Below the pieces are notes generated by a model. It worked only from the letters and a program-made list of their open reading frames with translations. It searched no databases and was not told the DNA's origin. This document shows, piece by piece, positions 28,687 to 36,686 of a stretch of 64,000 nucleotides of DNA. Origin of the DNA: Mycobacteriales bacterium. GTDB lineage: Bacteria; Actinomycetota; Actinomycetes; BP-191. The DNA is taken from NCBI GenBank assembly GCA_035536235.1, contig DATLOQ010000004.1:26922-90921 (forward strand), written 5' to 3'. Numbering within the stretch: the first letter of the stretch is position 1; each line of letters begins with the position of its first letter. Position numbers and translations under genes: made by a program.

Positions 28687-29769
28687 CTACGTGCGGGCCT
28701 CGAAAACTCGGTTGAACGGAGTCTCGGTGGCGCGCCGGAACCGCCCGAACCCGGCCTCGGTCAGCAGTTGACGCCACGTCGACTCCGGGACCTGGGGCCC
28801 AAGCGCATAGCGGCCACCCTGCGCCTTGGCGTGGGCGACGCAGACGAACAGGCCGGCTGAGTAGAAAAGCTTGCCGAGCGGGTTGACGTTGTCGCTCACA
28901 GTCTCGCCCGCCATGGGCTCGACCAGCAGGAGCGTCCCGCTGTCCGCCAGTGACGCTCGGATGTGCGCCGCTGCCTGCAGCGGGTCGCCCATGTCGTGAA
29001 GGGCGTCGAAGACGCAGGCGAGGTCGAAGCCACTGCCGGCGTAGTCCGCCGCACTGGCGACCTCGAAGCGGACCCGGTCCGCGACGCCGGCTTCCGCGGC
29101 GCGCTTGCGGGCCACCTCGATCGACTCGGCGTGGTAGTCGACCCCGAGGAATGTGCTCTTCGGATAGGCCTGCGCGAGCACGATCGTGGACGCCCCGTGG
29201 CCGCAGCCGATGTCCGCGACCGACCCGCCGGCGACCAGCCTCGCCTCGACGCCGTCGAGAGCGGGAATCCAGGAGCTGACCAGGTTGCCGACGTAGCCGG
29301 GCTTGAACAGGCGCTCGGTGCCGTCGAAGAGGTCCTGGTGGTGCTCGTGCCAGCCGACGCCGGCACCGGTGCGGACGGCCTGCCGAAGCAGCCGCTCCTC
29401 GTCCTTGAACAGCACCCCGGCGATGGAGAGCATCCCGGCCGCGAACGCCGGGCTCGACTCGTCGGTGAGCACCTCGGCCTGCGCGGGGGTGAGGCTGATC
29501 CGGCCGGAGCCCGGGTCGTGCGCGCAGTACCCGGCGGCGACCTGCGCGTCGGCCCACTCCTGCAGGTAGCGGGCGTCGCATTGGGTGCGCGCTGCGAGTT
29601 CCTGCGGTGTGGCCGGGCCGCCTGAGGCCAGTGCCTTGTACAGCCCGAGCTTGTCGCCGAGGATGACGGTCGCGGCGTGGAAGGCGGTGGCTGCGTCGCC
29701 GACGACCTGACTGAGGAAGGCGTCCAGGTCGGTCGTTTCTGTCGTGGTCGTTGCCGAGGTCTTGGTCAT
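28687..29769 (-). CDS. Class I SAM-dependent methyltransferase with N-terminal winged-helix-like domain
   Basis: SAM motif I VADIGCGHGAS and motif post-I FLGVDYH. ATG 29769 is preceded by GGAGGAG. The N-terminal 131 codons of the track ORF were rejected. Confidence 0.85.
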   Translation of the reverse strand: MTKTSATTTTETTDLDAFLSQVVGDAATAFHAATVILGDKLGLYKALASGGPATPQELAARTQCDARYLQEWADAQVAAGYCAHDPGSGRISLTPAQAEVLTDESSPAFAAGMLSIAGVLFKDEERLLRQAVRTGAGVGWHEHHQDLFDGTERLFKPGYVGNLVSSWIPALDGVEARLVAGGSVADIGCGHGASTIVLAQAYPKSTFLGVDYHAESIEVARKRAAEAGVADRVRFEVASAADYAGSGFDLACVFDALHDMGDPLQAAAHIRASLADSGTLLLVEPMAGETVSDNVNPLGKLFYSAGLFVCVAHAKAQGGRYALGPQVPESTWRQLLTEAGFGRFRRATETPFNRVFEART

Positions 29770-29817
29770 GTCGCTCCTCCTGTGGTGATCGGATGCCGGC
29801 GACCCTGTGCCTGCTGC

Positions 29818-29888
29818 CCTGCAGCGACCATGCAGCCGCGGCGCCGGAGCGCTGCAGGCCCACTGCAGGAGTGACGCCGACAGTGCAG
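29818..29888 (+). promoter_or_regulatory. Phased TGCAG direct-repeat array (SARP-operator-like) in a divergent promoter
   Basis: TGCAG starts at 29820, 29831, 29853, 29864 and 29884 (spacings 11/22/11/20). GACAGT at 29879-29884 is a possible -10, lying 6 nt before ATG 29891. Confidence 0.4.
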
Positions 29889-29890
29889 CC

Positions 29891-30358
29891 ATGACCACGA
29901 CGACGAGCACCACCACCGCACCGGCGACAGCACTGCCGACCCCGTCCGCGGTGGACCGGCTTCTCGAGGCGATCGCCACCGGGCGCGGCGGCACCGTGGC
30001 CGCGCTCTTCGCCGATGACGCCCTCTTGGACGCCACCGTGCCCGGCTGGCGCTTCCGTCGATGCGGCGGGCGCGCCGTGGCCACGGAGTACGCCTCCTGG
30101 TTCGCCAGCCCGGCGCGGTTCGAGGAGCTTGACCGGCTGCCCGTCCAGGACGGTGAGATCGTCACCTACCTGCTGACGTGGCTGGAGTACGGCGTCCCGT
30201 GGGCCGCACACCACTGCCACCGGCTGACGCTGGACGCGAACGGACGGATCTGCGGCGACCGGGTCTTCTGCGGAGGTCGCTGGGACGCCGCACTCCTCGC
30301 GCGGATGGAGCAGGCTCAGGTGGAGTCCGACGAGCAGGAGGCTGGACATGTCCGCTGA
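29891..30358 (+). CDS. NTF2-like (SnoaL-type) family protein
   Basis: About 155 aa, with LFADDALLDATVPGW and a conserved Trp/His-rich cone pattern. Possibly leaderless. Overlaps the next gene by 11 nt. Confidence 0.55.
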   Translation: MTTTTSTTTAPATALPTPSAVDRLLEAIATGRGGTVAALFADDALLDATVPGWRFRRCGGRAVATEYASWFASPARFEELDRLPVQDGEIVTYLLTWLEYGVPWAAHHCHRLTLDANGRICGDRVFCGGRWDAALLARMEQAQVESDEQEAGHVR

Positions 30359-31373
30359 CGCCGCCCCGGTGCCCGGCCGTACGGTGGCCGACTCGGTCGA
30401 CGAGCTGCTCGCCGGGGCCAGCCGGCGTGAGCCGTTCGTGCCCGCCGAGACCCGCTCGACCGCTCGATTCGAACGAGTCTGGGTCGACGGCGAGCCGATG
30501 GTCCTGAAGTACCTGCACGCCGACGACGACTTCGCGATGCGTGCCACCGGCGACGTCGGCTCCCGTGTCCTGCTGGCGTGGACCGCCGGGCTGTTCGACG
30601 TGGCCGCCGACCTTGTCGACCACGCGGTCGTCGGCGCTGCCCGGGGCGTTGGACGACACGGGTGGGGTGCGGCGCTGCTCATGCGCGACGCGTCCACCGA
30701 CCTCGTGCCCCCGGGTGACGATGAGTTCCCTGAGGCGCGGCACGACGGCTTCATCGGCGCCCTCGCCGGCGTCTGCGCACGCACCTGGGGCTGGCGCGAC
30801 CAGCTCGGTCTGCTGCCGTACGCCAGCCGGTGGACGTTCTTCGGCCCGGACACTCTCGACGCGGAACGGGCGCAGGGCTGGCCCGAGCCGGTGCCGAGGA
30901 TCGCCGCGCAGGGCTGGCAGGCCTTCGCGGAGCGGGCCCCGGCCGACGTAGCGGCATCCGTCGACGCACTGCGGCGCGACGTGGGCCCGCTGGTGAGCGC
31001 GCTTCAGCAGACGCCGTCGTGCTTCCTGCACGGTGACTGGAAGGCCAGCAACCTCGGCACCGCGGCTGACGGCCGCACCGTGCTGCTCGACTGGGTCTAC
31101 CTCGGCGAGGGTCCGGCCTGCCACGAGCTCGGCTGGTACCTGGCGCTCAATCGGGCCAAGCTGCCCAGCGCCCGGCCGAAGGAGCGGGTGGTCGAGCAGT
31201 TCCGGGCAGCGCTGGAGAGCCACGGTGTCGCGACCGGCGAGTGGTGGGACCGCCAGCTGGCACTCAGCCTGCTCGGCACGCTGGTCGAGTTCGGCTGGGA
31301 GAAGGCCCTCGGGGACGACGCCGAGCTGGGCTGGTGGTGCGACCGAGCGCGGGAGGGGCTGGCCCGGCTGTGA
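30348..31373 (+). CDS. Phosphotransferase (APH/choline-kinase-like) family protein
   Basis: Catalytic loop FLHGDWKASNLG and metal-binding LLDWVYLG. Confidence 0.75.
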   Translation: MSADAAPVPGRTVADSVDELLAGASRREPFVPAETRSTARFERVWVDGEPMVLKYLHADDDFAMRATGDVGSRVLLAWTAGLFDVAADLVDHAVVGAARGVGRHGWGAALLMRDASTDLVPPGDDEFPEARHDGFIGALAGVCARTWGWRDQLGLLPYASRWTFFGPDTLDAERAQGWPEPVPRIAAQGWQAFAERAPADVAASVDALRRDVGPLVSALQQTPSCFLHGDWKASNLGTAADGRTVLLDWVYLGEGPACHELGWYLALNRAKLPSARPKERVVEQFRAALESHGVATGEWWDRQLALSLLGTLVEFGWEKALGDDAELGWWCDRAREGLARL

Positions 31374-32440
31374 ACGCCGACCTCACCGCCGCGTACAACG
31401 CCACGGGGCGCGCGTGGCAGGTCGGCGCCGGACCGGTCTACGACCGGCTCGCCGACGTGGTCGTCGGGCAGTGCCCGGTGCCGCTCGCCGGTGCCCGGGT
31501 GCTCGACCTAGGCGCCGGCACCGGCGCCGCTTGGCGCGCGGCGCGACGTCGGGGGGCCAACGTGGTCGCCGTCGACATCGCCGTCGGGATGCTGACGGCC
31601 GCCGCTCGCCGGCCGCCGAGTGTCGCGGGCGACGCGGTTGCCCTGCCGTTCCTCCCGGGCTCCTTCGACGCCGTGATCGCCGCTTTCAGCCTGAACCACC
31701 TGGCTCGTCCGGTGGCGGGGCTCCGGGAGGCAGTCAGGGTGCTCGCGGCCGGTGGCGGGCTGGTGGTCAGCGCCTACTCCGCCGACGACCACCACCCGGT
31801 GAAGGCGGCGACCGACGCGGCAGCCGCGGCTCGGGGGTGGCGCCCGGAGCCCTGGTACCTCGCACTGCGCGAGCGAGCGGTGCCTCGGCTGGCCACAGTG
31901 GAGCGAGCGGGGCAGGTCGCCGCGGAGGCCGGGCTGGACGGGGCCGATCTCCGTACCGTCCGGGTGTCCTTCCCGGAGCTGGGAGCACGTGACCTGGTCG
32001 CGTGGCGGCTAGGCATGGCCCAGCTGGCGCCGTTCGTCGCCGGGCTGCCGCGGCAGGCTCGGGCGGCGCTGGTCCGCGACGCCCTGGGGCGGCTCGGCCC
32101 CGAGCCACCCGTGCTCGTGCGCTCGCTGGTGGTGCTGCGCTGGCGTGACGGCCGCCGGCCCTCCCGCGACGTGACGGGCTGCGCTCAGCCCAGCACCCGG
32201 GACGCGAACGCCCGGACCGCGTCCCCGTCCGGTGCGTCGGCCGCGACCGCGACCGCCCGACGCTCGGCCTCGGCCCGCCAGGTGGCGTTGCCGAACTCCG
32301 CGGCGAGCCCGGCGACGAGCGGCCAGCCGTCGAGGGCGGCGCAGTGGCCGAGCTCGCCGACGACCGCGTCGAGCCGACCGAGGTCGCTGGCCGGCTGGCC
32401 ACCGGCGAGCGCTCCCACGGCAGTGGCGAGCAGGGCGTAA
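31370..32440 (+). CDS. Class I SAM-dependent methyltransferase (Methyltransf_11-like) with a roughly 90-aa low-complexity tail
   Basis: The GTG start overlaps the upstream stop (GTGA). SAM motif VLDLGAGTGA, plus GDAVALPF and FDAVIAAFSL. There is no in-frame stop until 32440, so the 3' end overlaps the convergent SARP gene. Confidence 0.7.
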   Translation: MNADLTAAYNATGRAWQVGAGPVYDRLADVVVGQCPVPLAGARVLDLGAGTGAAWRAARRRGANVVAVDIAVGMLTAAARRPPSVAGDAVALPFLPGSFDAVIAAFSLNHLARPVAGLREAVRVLAAGGGLVVSAYSADDHHPVKAATDAAAAARGWRPEPWYLALRERAVPRLATVERAGQVAAEAGLDGADLRTVRVSFPELGARDLVAWRLGMAQLAPFVAGLPRQARAALVRDALGRLGPEPPVLVRSLVVLRWRDGRRPSRDVTGCAQPSTRDANARTASPSGASAATATARRSASARQVALPNSAASPATSGQPSRAAQWPSSPTTASSRPRSLAGWPPASAPTAVASRA

Positions 32441-35310
32441 CGGCGAGTGCCCCGGGAGGTGGCATCACCCTCGACCTCGGCGCTGAGCCGGGCAGCCGTG
32501 TCGTGATCACCGCTGGCCAGCGCGAGCCGTGCGCGGGCCAGTCCCCACCGGTGCCGCTGGTGCCAGGCCATCGTCCCCTGCCACTGGCCGAGGCCGTCCA
32601 TCCGGTCGAGGAGCGCGGCGGCGCCGTCCAGGTCACCAGCGAGCAGCCGGCCGTCGGTGAGGTCGAGCAGCCCCGCGTAGTACGGCTCGGAGAACGGACC
32701 GCTGGGCTCGCCGCGGCTGACGGCCTCGTTGTTCAGGTCGTCGGCCGGGCCGGGCAGACCGGTCCACCGCAGCACCCACGCCCGGGCGTTGAGCGCCGGC
32801 CCGCGCATACGAGCACCCACGTCGCCGGCCCGTGCGACGGCGGAGTCGAGCGCGTCCAGGGCAGGAAGGGCCTCGCTCACCCGGCCCAACTGGCCCAGCG
32901 CGAGGGCGCGCACGAAGCGACCGTGCAACGGCGCGAACGGGTGCGCGAGCCGCTCCGGGGCGAGCAGAGCCGGCCCGAGCAGCGCCAGCGCGTCGGCGGG
33001 CCGGCCCTCGTGGATGCGGACCTGCGCCAGCCACACCGCCGCCAGTCCCCGCACCTCCGACGGAGCCGGCTCGGCCACCGCGGACTCGAGCCGGTCGGCG
33101 GCCTCCCGCACATCCCCCGATCCGTGTCGTACCCGACCGGCGAGCGCCAGGCAGCTCACCCGCACCGCGGGTTCGACGGCGGTGGCCACACCCTCGTCCG
33201 CCTGCACCTGCGCCAGGTCGTAGCGGCGCTGGTAGTAGGCCACCCAGCCAGCGACCTCGAGCGCCCGCGCCCCGCCACCTGCGGCGACCGCCCGCGCCGC
33301 GTCCTCGGCCGCATCGTCGATCCGGCCTCCGGCCATCGCGAGCCGGGCTCGGGCCGCGTACGCGTCGGCCGACTCGGTGAGCGCCAGCGCAAGGTCGACA
33401 TGGGCGCGCGCCGCAGTCAGGTCGTAGCGGACGACGGCCGCCTCGGCCGCGCTCAGGTACCACCTGGCGGCCAGTGCGACCTCGCCGCCGAGCCGCGCGT
33501 GCACGGCCACGGTCAGTGGGTCCGGTGCAGGGCGGGAGGCTAGCGCGCGCGCCGCGTCGCGGTGCAGCAGCGCCTGCCGGGCGCTGCTGACGGAGGCCTC
33601 GAGGGCTTCGCGCTCCAGCTCGTGCCGGAAGGCGAGGCCGGCGCCTCGGTCGACGAGCAGTCCCCGGGCGGCGGCCGCCTCCAGGTGGTCGAGCAGCCGG
33701 GTGGCCGGCGACCGCAGGACCGCAGCCATCACGTCGAGGTCGATGTCGTCGCCGAGGACGGCTGCCGCGCGTAGCGTGCGCGCGGCAGCGCCCAGGTCGG
33801 CGACCCGGTGGGCGACGGCCTCGCGGACCGACGTGGGCAGGTCCTCGCCCCGGCTGTGCGCGAGAGCTGTGAGCAGCAGCGGATGGCCACCGCTGCGGGC
33901 GTGCAGTTCATCCGCTCGCGCGTGCCCGACGACGGCCGCCGCCGCGGCCAGGTCCAGCGGTCCCAGGGTGAGGACCGTGTTCGCGCCGAGGTGGAGGTCG
34001 CTGCCGGGCCTGGTCGCGACGACCACCACCAGGCGCGGCAGTCGTCGCACGGCGAAGGAGAGCCAAGCCGACGTCGACGCCGAGGCCAGGTGCAGGTCGT
34101 CTACGGCGACCACGACGGGACGACTCTCGGCCAGGCGATGCACCACCCCGAGCAGCGCGCCGAACAACCGGGCCCGACCGAGGTCGGGGTCGCCCAGGAC
34201 GGTCGCGCCGCCGACATCGGCGATCGCCTCGACACCGAGGAACGGGCCGATGACGGTGGTGTCGTCGCCCAGCGCGGACCGACGCTCTGCGGGCGAGCGC
34301 CCGGCAAGTGCCACCGTGACGGCGTCGAGGACAGGCTGAAGCGGCAGGTCTCGCCCGAGCGGGTCGCAGCGGCCCAACAGCACCAGGGCTCGCAGCGCTG
34401 CCCGGCTGGTCCACTCCCGGATGAGGACCGACTTTCCGATGCCTGCCTCGCCCTGGACGACGACCGTGCAGCCGTCTGCGGTAGCGACAGCCCGGTCGAG
34501 GGCGGCGTCGAGCGCGCCAAGTTCGATGTCGCGGCCATGCAGCGTCGGGATGGGCGGAGAAGATGGCGTCGTGCCGGGCGGCAGGTGCCCGACCACGATC
34601 GCCTCGTTGAGTGCCACTGTCTCGGTCATCGGCGGGACGCCCAGGTCCTCCGCCAGCCGCGCCCGCATCCGCCCGTACGCGGCCAGCGCAGATGCGGGCC
34701 GACCCGCGGCCGTATTCGCCCGCATCAGCACCCGCAAGCACGCCTCGTCGTACGGGTCGTGCGCCAACGCCTGCTCGGCCAGCGCAGAAGCCGACACGTG
34801 GTCGCCGGCGCGGTCCGCCGCCTCGGCCGCGATCTGGCGGGCCGACGCCGAGCAGGCGAGTGCCGCCGCGCGTTCGACCTCGACCCAGTCGCCTTCCTCC
34901 TCGGGTAGCACCGTCCCACGGGCCAGCGCGATGGCTGCCTCTGCGGCGGCGCTGGCCGTACCGAACCGGCCGCGGGTGAGTGCGTCGCCGGCCTCTGCTA
35001 CGCGCGCCGCGAGCTCCTCGACGTCCAGCCAGTCGACTACCAGCAGATACCCGGCGTCGGTACGCCTCAGGCGGTCGGCACCCAGCACACCGCGGAGTCG
35101 GGATACCAGCACGCCGACTTGGTCAGTCGGGCGTGCAGGCGGCGATTCGCCCCAGAGAACCTCGACGAGCCGTTCGCTCGAAACGGCAGCCCGACGGGCG
35201 AGCACGAGCACCTTGAGAAGCCGTCGCGCCTTGAGGCTGCCGAGCGCGCGTTCCTCCACTCCCTCGACCGCGAGGCCGCCGAGGACACGGACGCGCAGCC
35301 GCCTGACCAT
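32185..35310 (-). CDS. AfsR/SARP-family regulator: OmpR-type winged helix + BTAD + NB-ARC P-loop NTPase + TPR (STAND)
   Basis: VRVLGGLAVEG...LLKVLVLARRAAVSSERLVEVLW (SARP wHTH), BTAD (HDPYDEACLRVLMRANTAAGRPASALAAYGRMRARLAEDLGVPP), Walker A GEAGIGKS, Walker B VVAVDDLH, and long TPR-like Ala/Leu repeats. ATG 35310 is preferred over TTG 35328. Confidence 0.85.
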   Translation of the reverse strand: MVRRLRVRVLGGLAVEGVEERALGSLKARRLLKVLVLARRAAVSSERLVEVLWGESPPARPTDQVGVLVSRLRGVLGADRLRRTDAGYLLVVDWLDVEELAARVAEAGDALTRGRFGTASAAAEAAIALARGTVLPEEEGDWVEVERAAALACSASARQIAAEAADRAGDHVSASALAEQALAHDPYDEACLRVLMRANTAAGRPASALAAYGRMRARLAEDLGVPPMTETVALNEAIVVGHLPPGTTPSSPPIPTLHGRDIELGALDAALDRAVATADGCTVVVQGEAGIGKSVLIREWTSRAALRALVLLGRCDPLGRDLPLQPVLDAVTVALAGRSPAERRSALGDDTTVIGPFLGVEAIADVGGATVLGDPDLGRARLFGALLGVVHRLAESRPVVVAVDDLHLASASTSAWLSFAVRRLPRLVVVVATRPGSDLHLGANTVLTLGPLDLAAAAAVVGHARADELHARSGGHPLLLTALAHSRGEDLPTSVREAVAHRVADLGAAARTLRAAAVLGDDIDLDVMAAVLRSPATRLLDHLEAAAARGLLVDRGAGLAFRHELEREALEASVSSARQALLHRDAARALASRPAPDPLTVAVHARLGGEVALAARWYLSAAEAAVVRYDLTAARAHVDLALALTESADAYAARARLAMAGGRIDDAAEDAARAVAAGGGARALEVAGWVAYYQRRYDLAQVQADEGVATAVEPAVRVSCLALAGRVRHGSGDVREAADRLESAVAEPAPSEVRGLAAVWLAQVRIHEGRPADALALLGPALLAPERLAHPFAPLHGRFVRALALGQLGRVSEALPALDALDSAVARAGDVGARMRGPALNARAWVLRWTGLPGPADDLNNEAVSRGEPSGPFSEPYYAGLLDLTDGRLLAGDLDGAAALLDRMDGLGQWQGTMAWHQRHRWGLARARLALASGDHDTAARLSAEVEGDATSRGTRRYALLATAVGALAGGQPASDLGRLDAVVGELGHCAALDGWPLVAGLAAEFGNATWRAEAERRAVAVAADAPDGDAVRAFASRVLG

Positions 35311-35606
35311 GCCGGAAGTCTTGCGCAAGGACAGCCCGTCGCGCAGTCTGTGCAGATCGCGCCGCCCAGCGATGGCGCAGGCAATCGAGAATCGTCGGAA
35401 GCAGCCTGGTAGGTGGTAGCGGGCACTGCACGCAGTCGTCGCGGACCTGCCCTGCCCGCCGACGCCGGCTCAGACGCGGCTGCGGGGCTCGTCGGTTCGA
35501 GGGGTCACCCCCCGCGGCTGCCACGACATTCCATCGATGCGATCGTCAGCGACTGATGTGTTCTTTTACGAGATGCTGACAGGTCGTACATAGGGGCATA
35601 GTGACC

Positions 35607-36040
35607 ATGAAGGTCAGCGCGGCTCGGGACAACCTGTACTTCTTGAGCACACCCCCTCTCAGAAGGCCGGTTCTTCCGTCGGCTGCGTGCCGCGCAGGGG
35701 CAAGGTCCGCTGCCGTACTTGTGGGTGCCGGCGCTTTCACAAGACGGCGAGCGTTTCCATGTCCACTTCGGGTCAACCGTTTCATCACTCGCGGCAGGAT
35801 CGATGAGGCAGGGCGTCACGGCTGGATCAAGATCAAGCGGCTCACGGAAATGCCGGTGGCGTTGTCGTCGTGGGACGAGGCGCGCTGTGCTGCTGGGTAT
35901 CAGTCGAAGTACGTGAGCAAGCCGTTCACCGGACCGCAGGTGATCGGCCGTCAGCGCTACGGGGTCGCGGAGGGATTCCAGCCCGCAGTCGAGGTCATCG
36001 AAGGCACCAGTGCCGCGCAAGTACTCGCCGTGAGGTCAGG
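35607..36040 (+). pseudogene. Decayed rolling-circle replication initiator (two-tyrosine HUH Rep) with at least 2 frameshifts
   Basis: Motif I-like NLYFLST (frame of 35607). The reading frame then switches to give FFRRLR...YLWVP...GERFHVHF (HUH at 35758-35766). It switches back at the G-run 35770-35772 to give AAGYQSKYVSKP (YxxKY, Tyr codons 35898-35900 and 35910-35912). Confidence 0.6.
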
Positions 36041-36042
36041 GG

Positions 36043-36648
36043 TCATGGGTCGAGCACCGTCGGTACGCGGGCTGCCGCCCACCGCTCGCGCGTCACGGCG
36101 TACTCCACATCCCCTTCTTCGTCACCGTCGATCTTGTCCGGCCAGTCGGCGAAGAACGTACGGACCAGGTGCAGACCTGCCTTCGCCATCACGCGGCGGG
36201 ACGCGGCATTGGCCGCCATCGTCTCGGCGTACACCCGCCGTGCGCCGTAGTCCGCGAAGGCCGCGTCGACGAGCGCTCGCGAACCCTCGGTCGCGTAACC
36301 CCGCCCCCACGCCGACCGATGGAAGCGGTAGCCGAGCTCGGGCTCGTCTGGCGCGGACCTCCCGCCGGGCCGCAGGTGGAACCAGCCGAGGAAGTTCCCG
36401 CTGACCTTGTCGAGCGCGGCGAAGAAGCCGTAGTGCTCGTACCTTTCGTAGTGGCCGAGCCAGCAGGGGAGCACCTCCTCCGCGATCTCCTCGTGGGAGG
36501 TAGGCCGCCCACCGTTGATGAAGCGCATGACGGCGGGGTCGCTGTCGAGGTCGACCAGCAGGTCCGCGTCCGCTGGAGTGAATCGGCGCAGCACGAGCCG
36601 TTCCGTAGTCAGCACCACATCGCCGTCGGTCCCACCCTCCTCGCCCAC
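36043..36648 (-). CDS. GNAT family N-acetyltransferase (RimJ/RimL-like)
   Basis: LTTERLVLRRFTPADADLL and the acetyl-CoA motif HRSAWGRGYATEGSRALV. The start is GTG 36648 or 36618. The remaining roughly 490 codons of the track ORF are antisense shadow. Confidence 0.85.
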   Translation of the reverse strand: MGEEGGTDGDVVLTTERLVLRRFTPADADLLVDLDSDPAVMRFINGGRPTSHEEIAEEVLPCWLGHYERYEHYGFFAALDKVSGNFLGWFHLRPGGRSAPDEPELGYRFHRSAWGRGYATEGSRALVDAAFADYGARRVYAETMAANAASRRVMAKAGLHLVRTFFADWPDKIDGDEEGDVEYAVTRERWAAARVPTVLDP

Positions 36649-36686
36649 GGCAGGAGCATAGGTCGGGCGGTCGTGCTCGGCGGCGA

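Noticed and set aside
28553-30853. 766-aa minus-strand ORF, and the N-terminal 131 codons of the 28687-30165 ORF
   Set aside because: Only the segment 28687-29769 has methyltransferase motifs and an SD-preceded ATG. The remainder crosses the divergent promoter and lies antisense to the NTF2-like and kinase genes.
35505-36404. 171-aa minus-strand ORF and 267-aa plus-strand ORF taken as intact genes
   Set aside because: The plus ORF is a chimera of a Rep fragment and the antisense of the GNAT gene. The Rep motifs are split across frames, so the locus is called a pseudogene. The minus ORF has no motif and lies antisense to the Rep relic.
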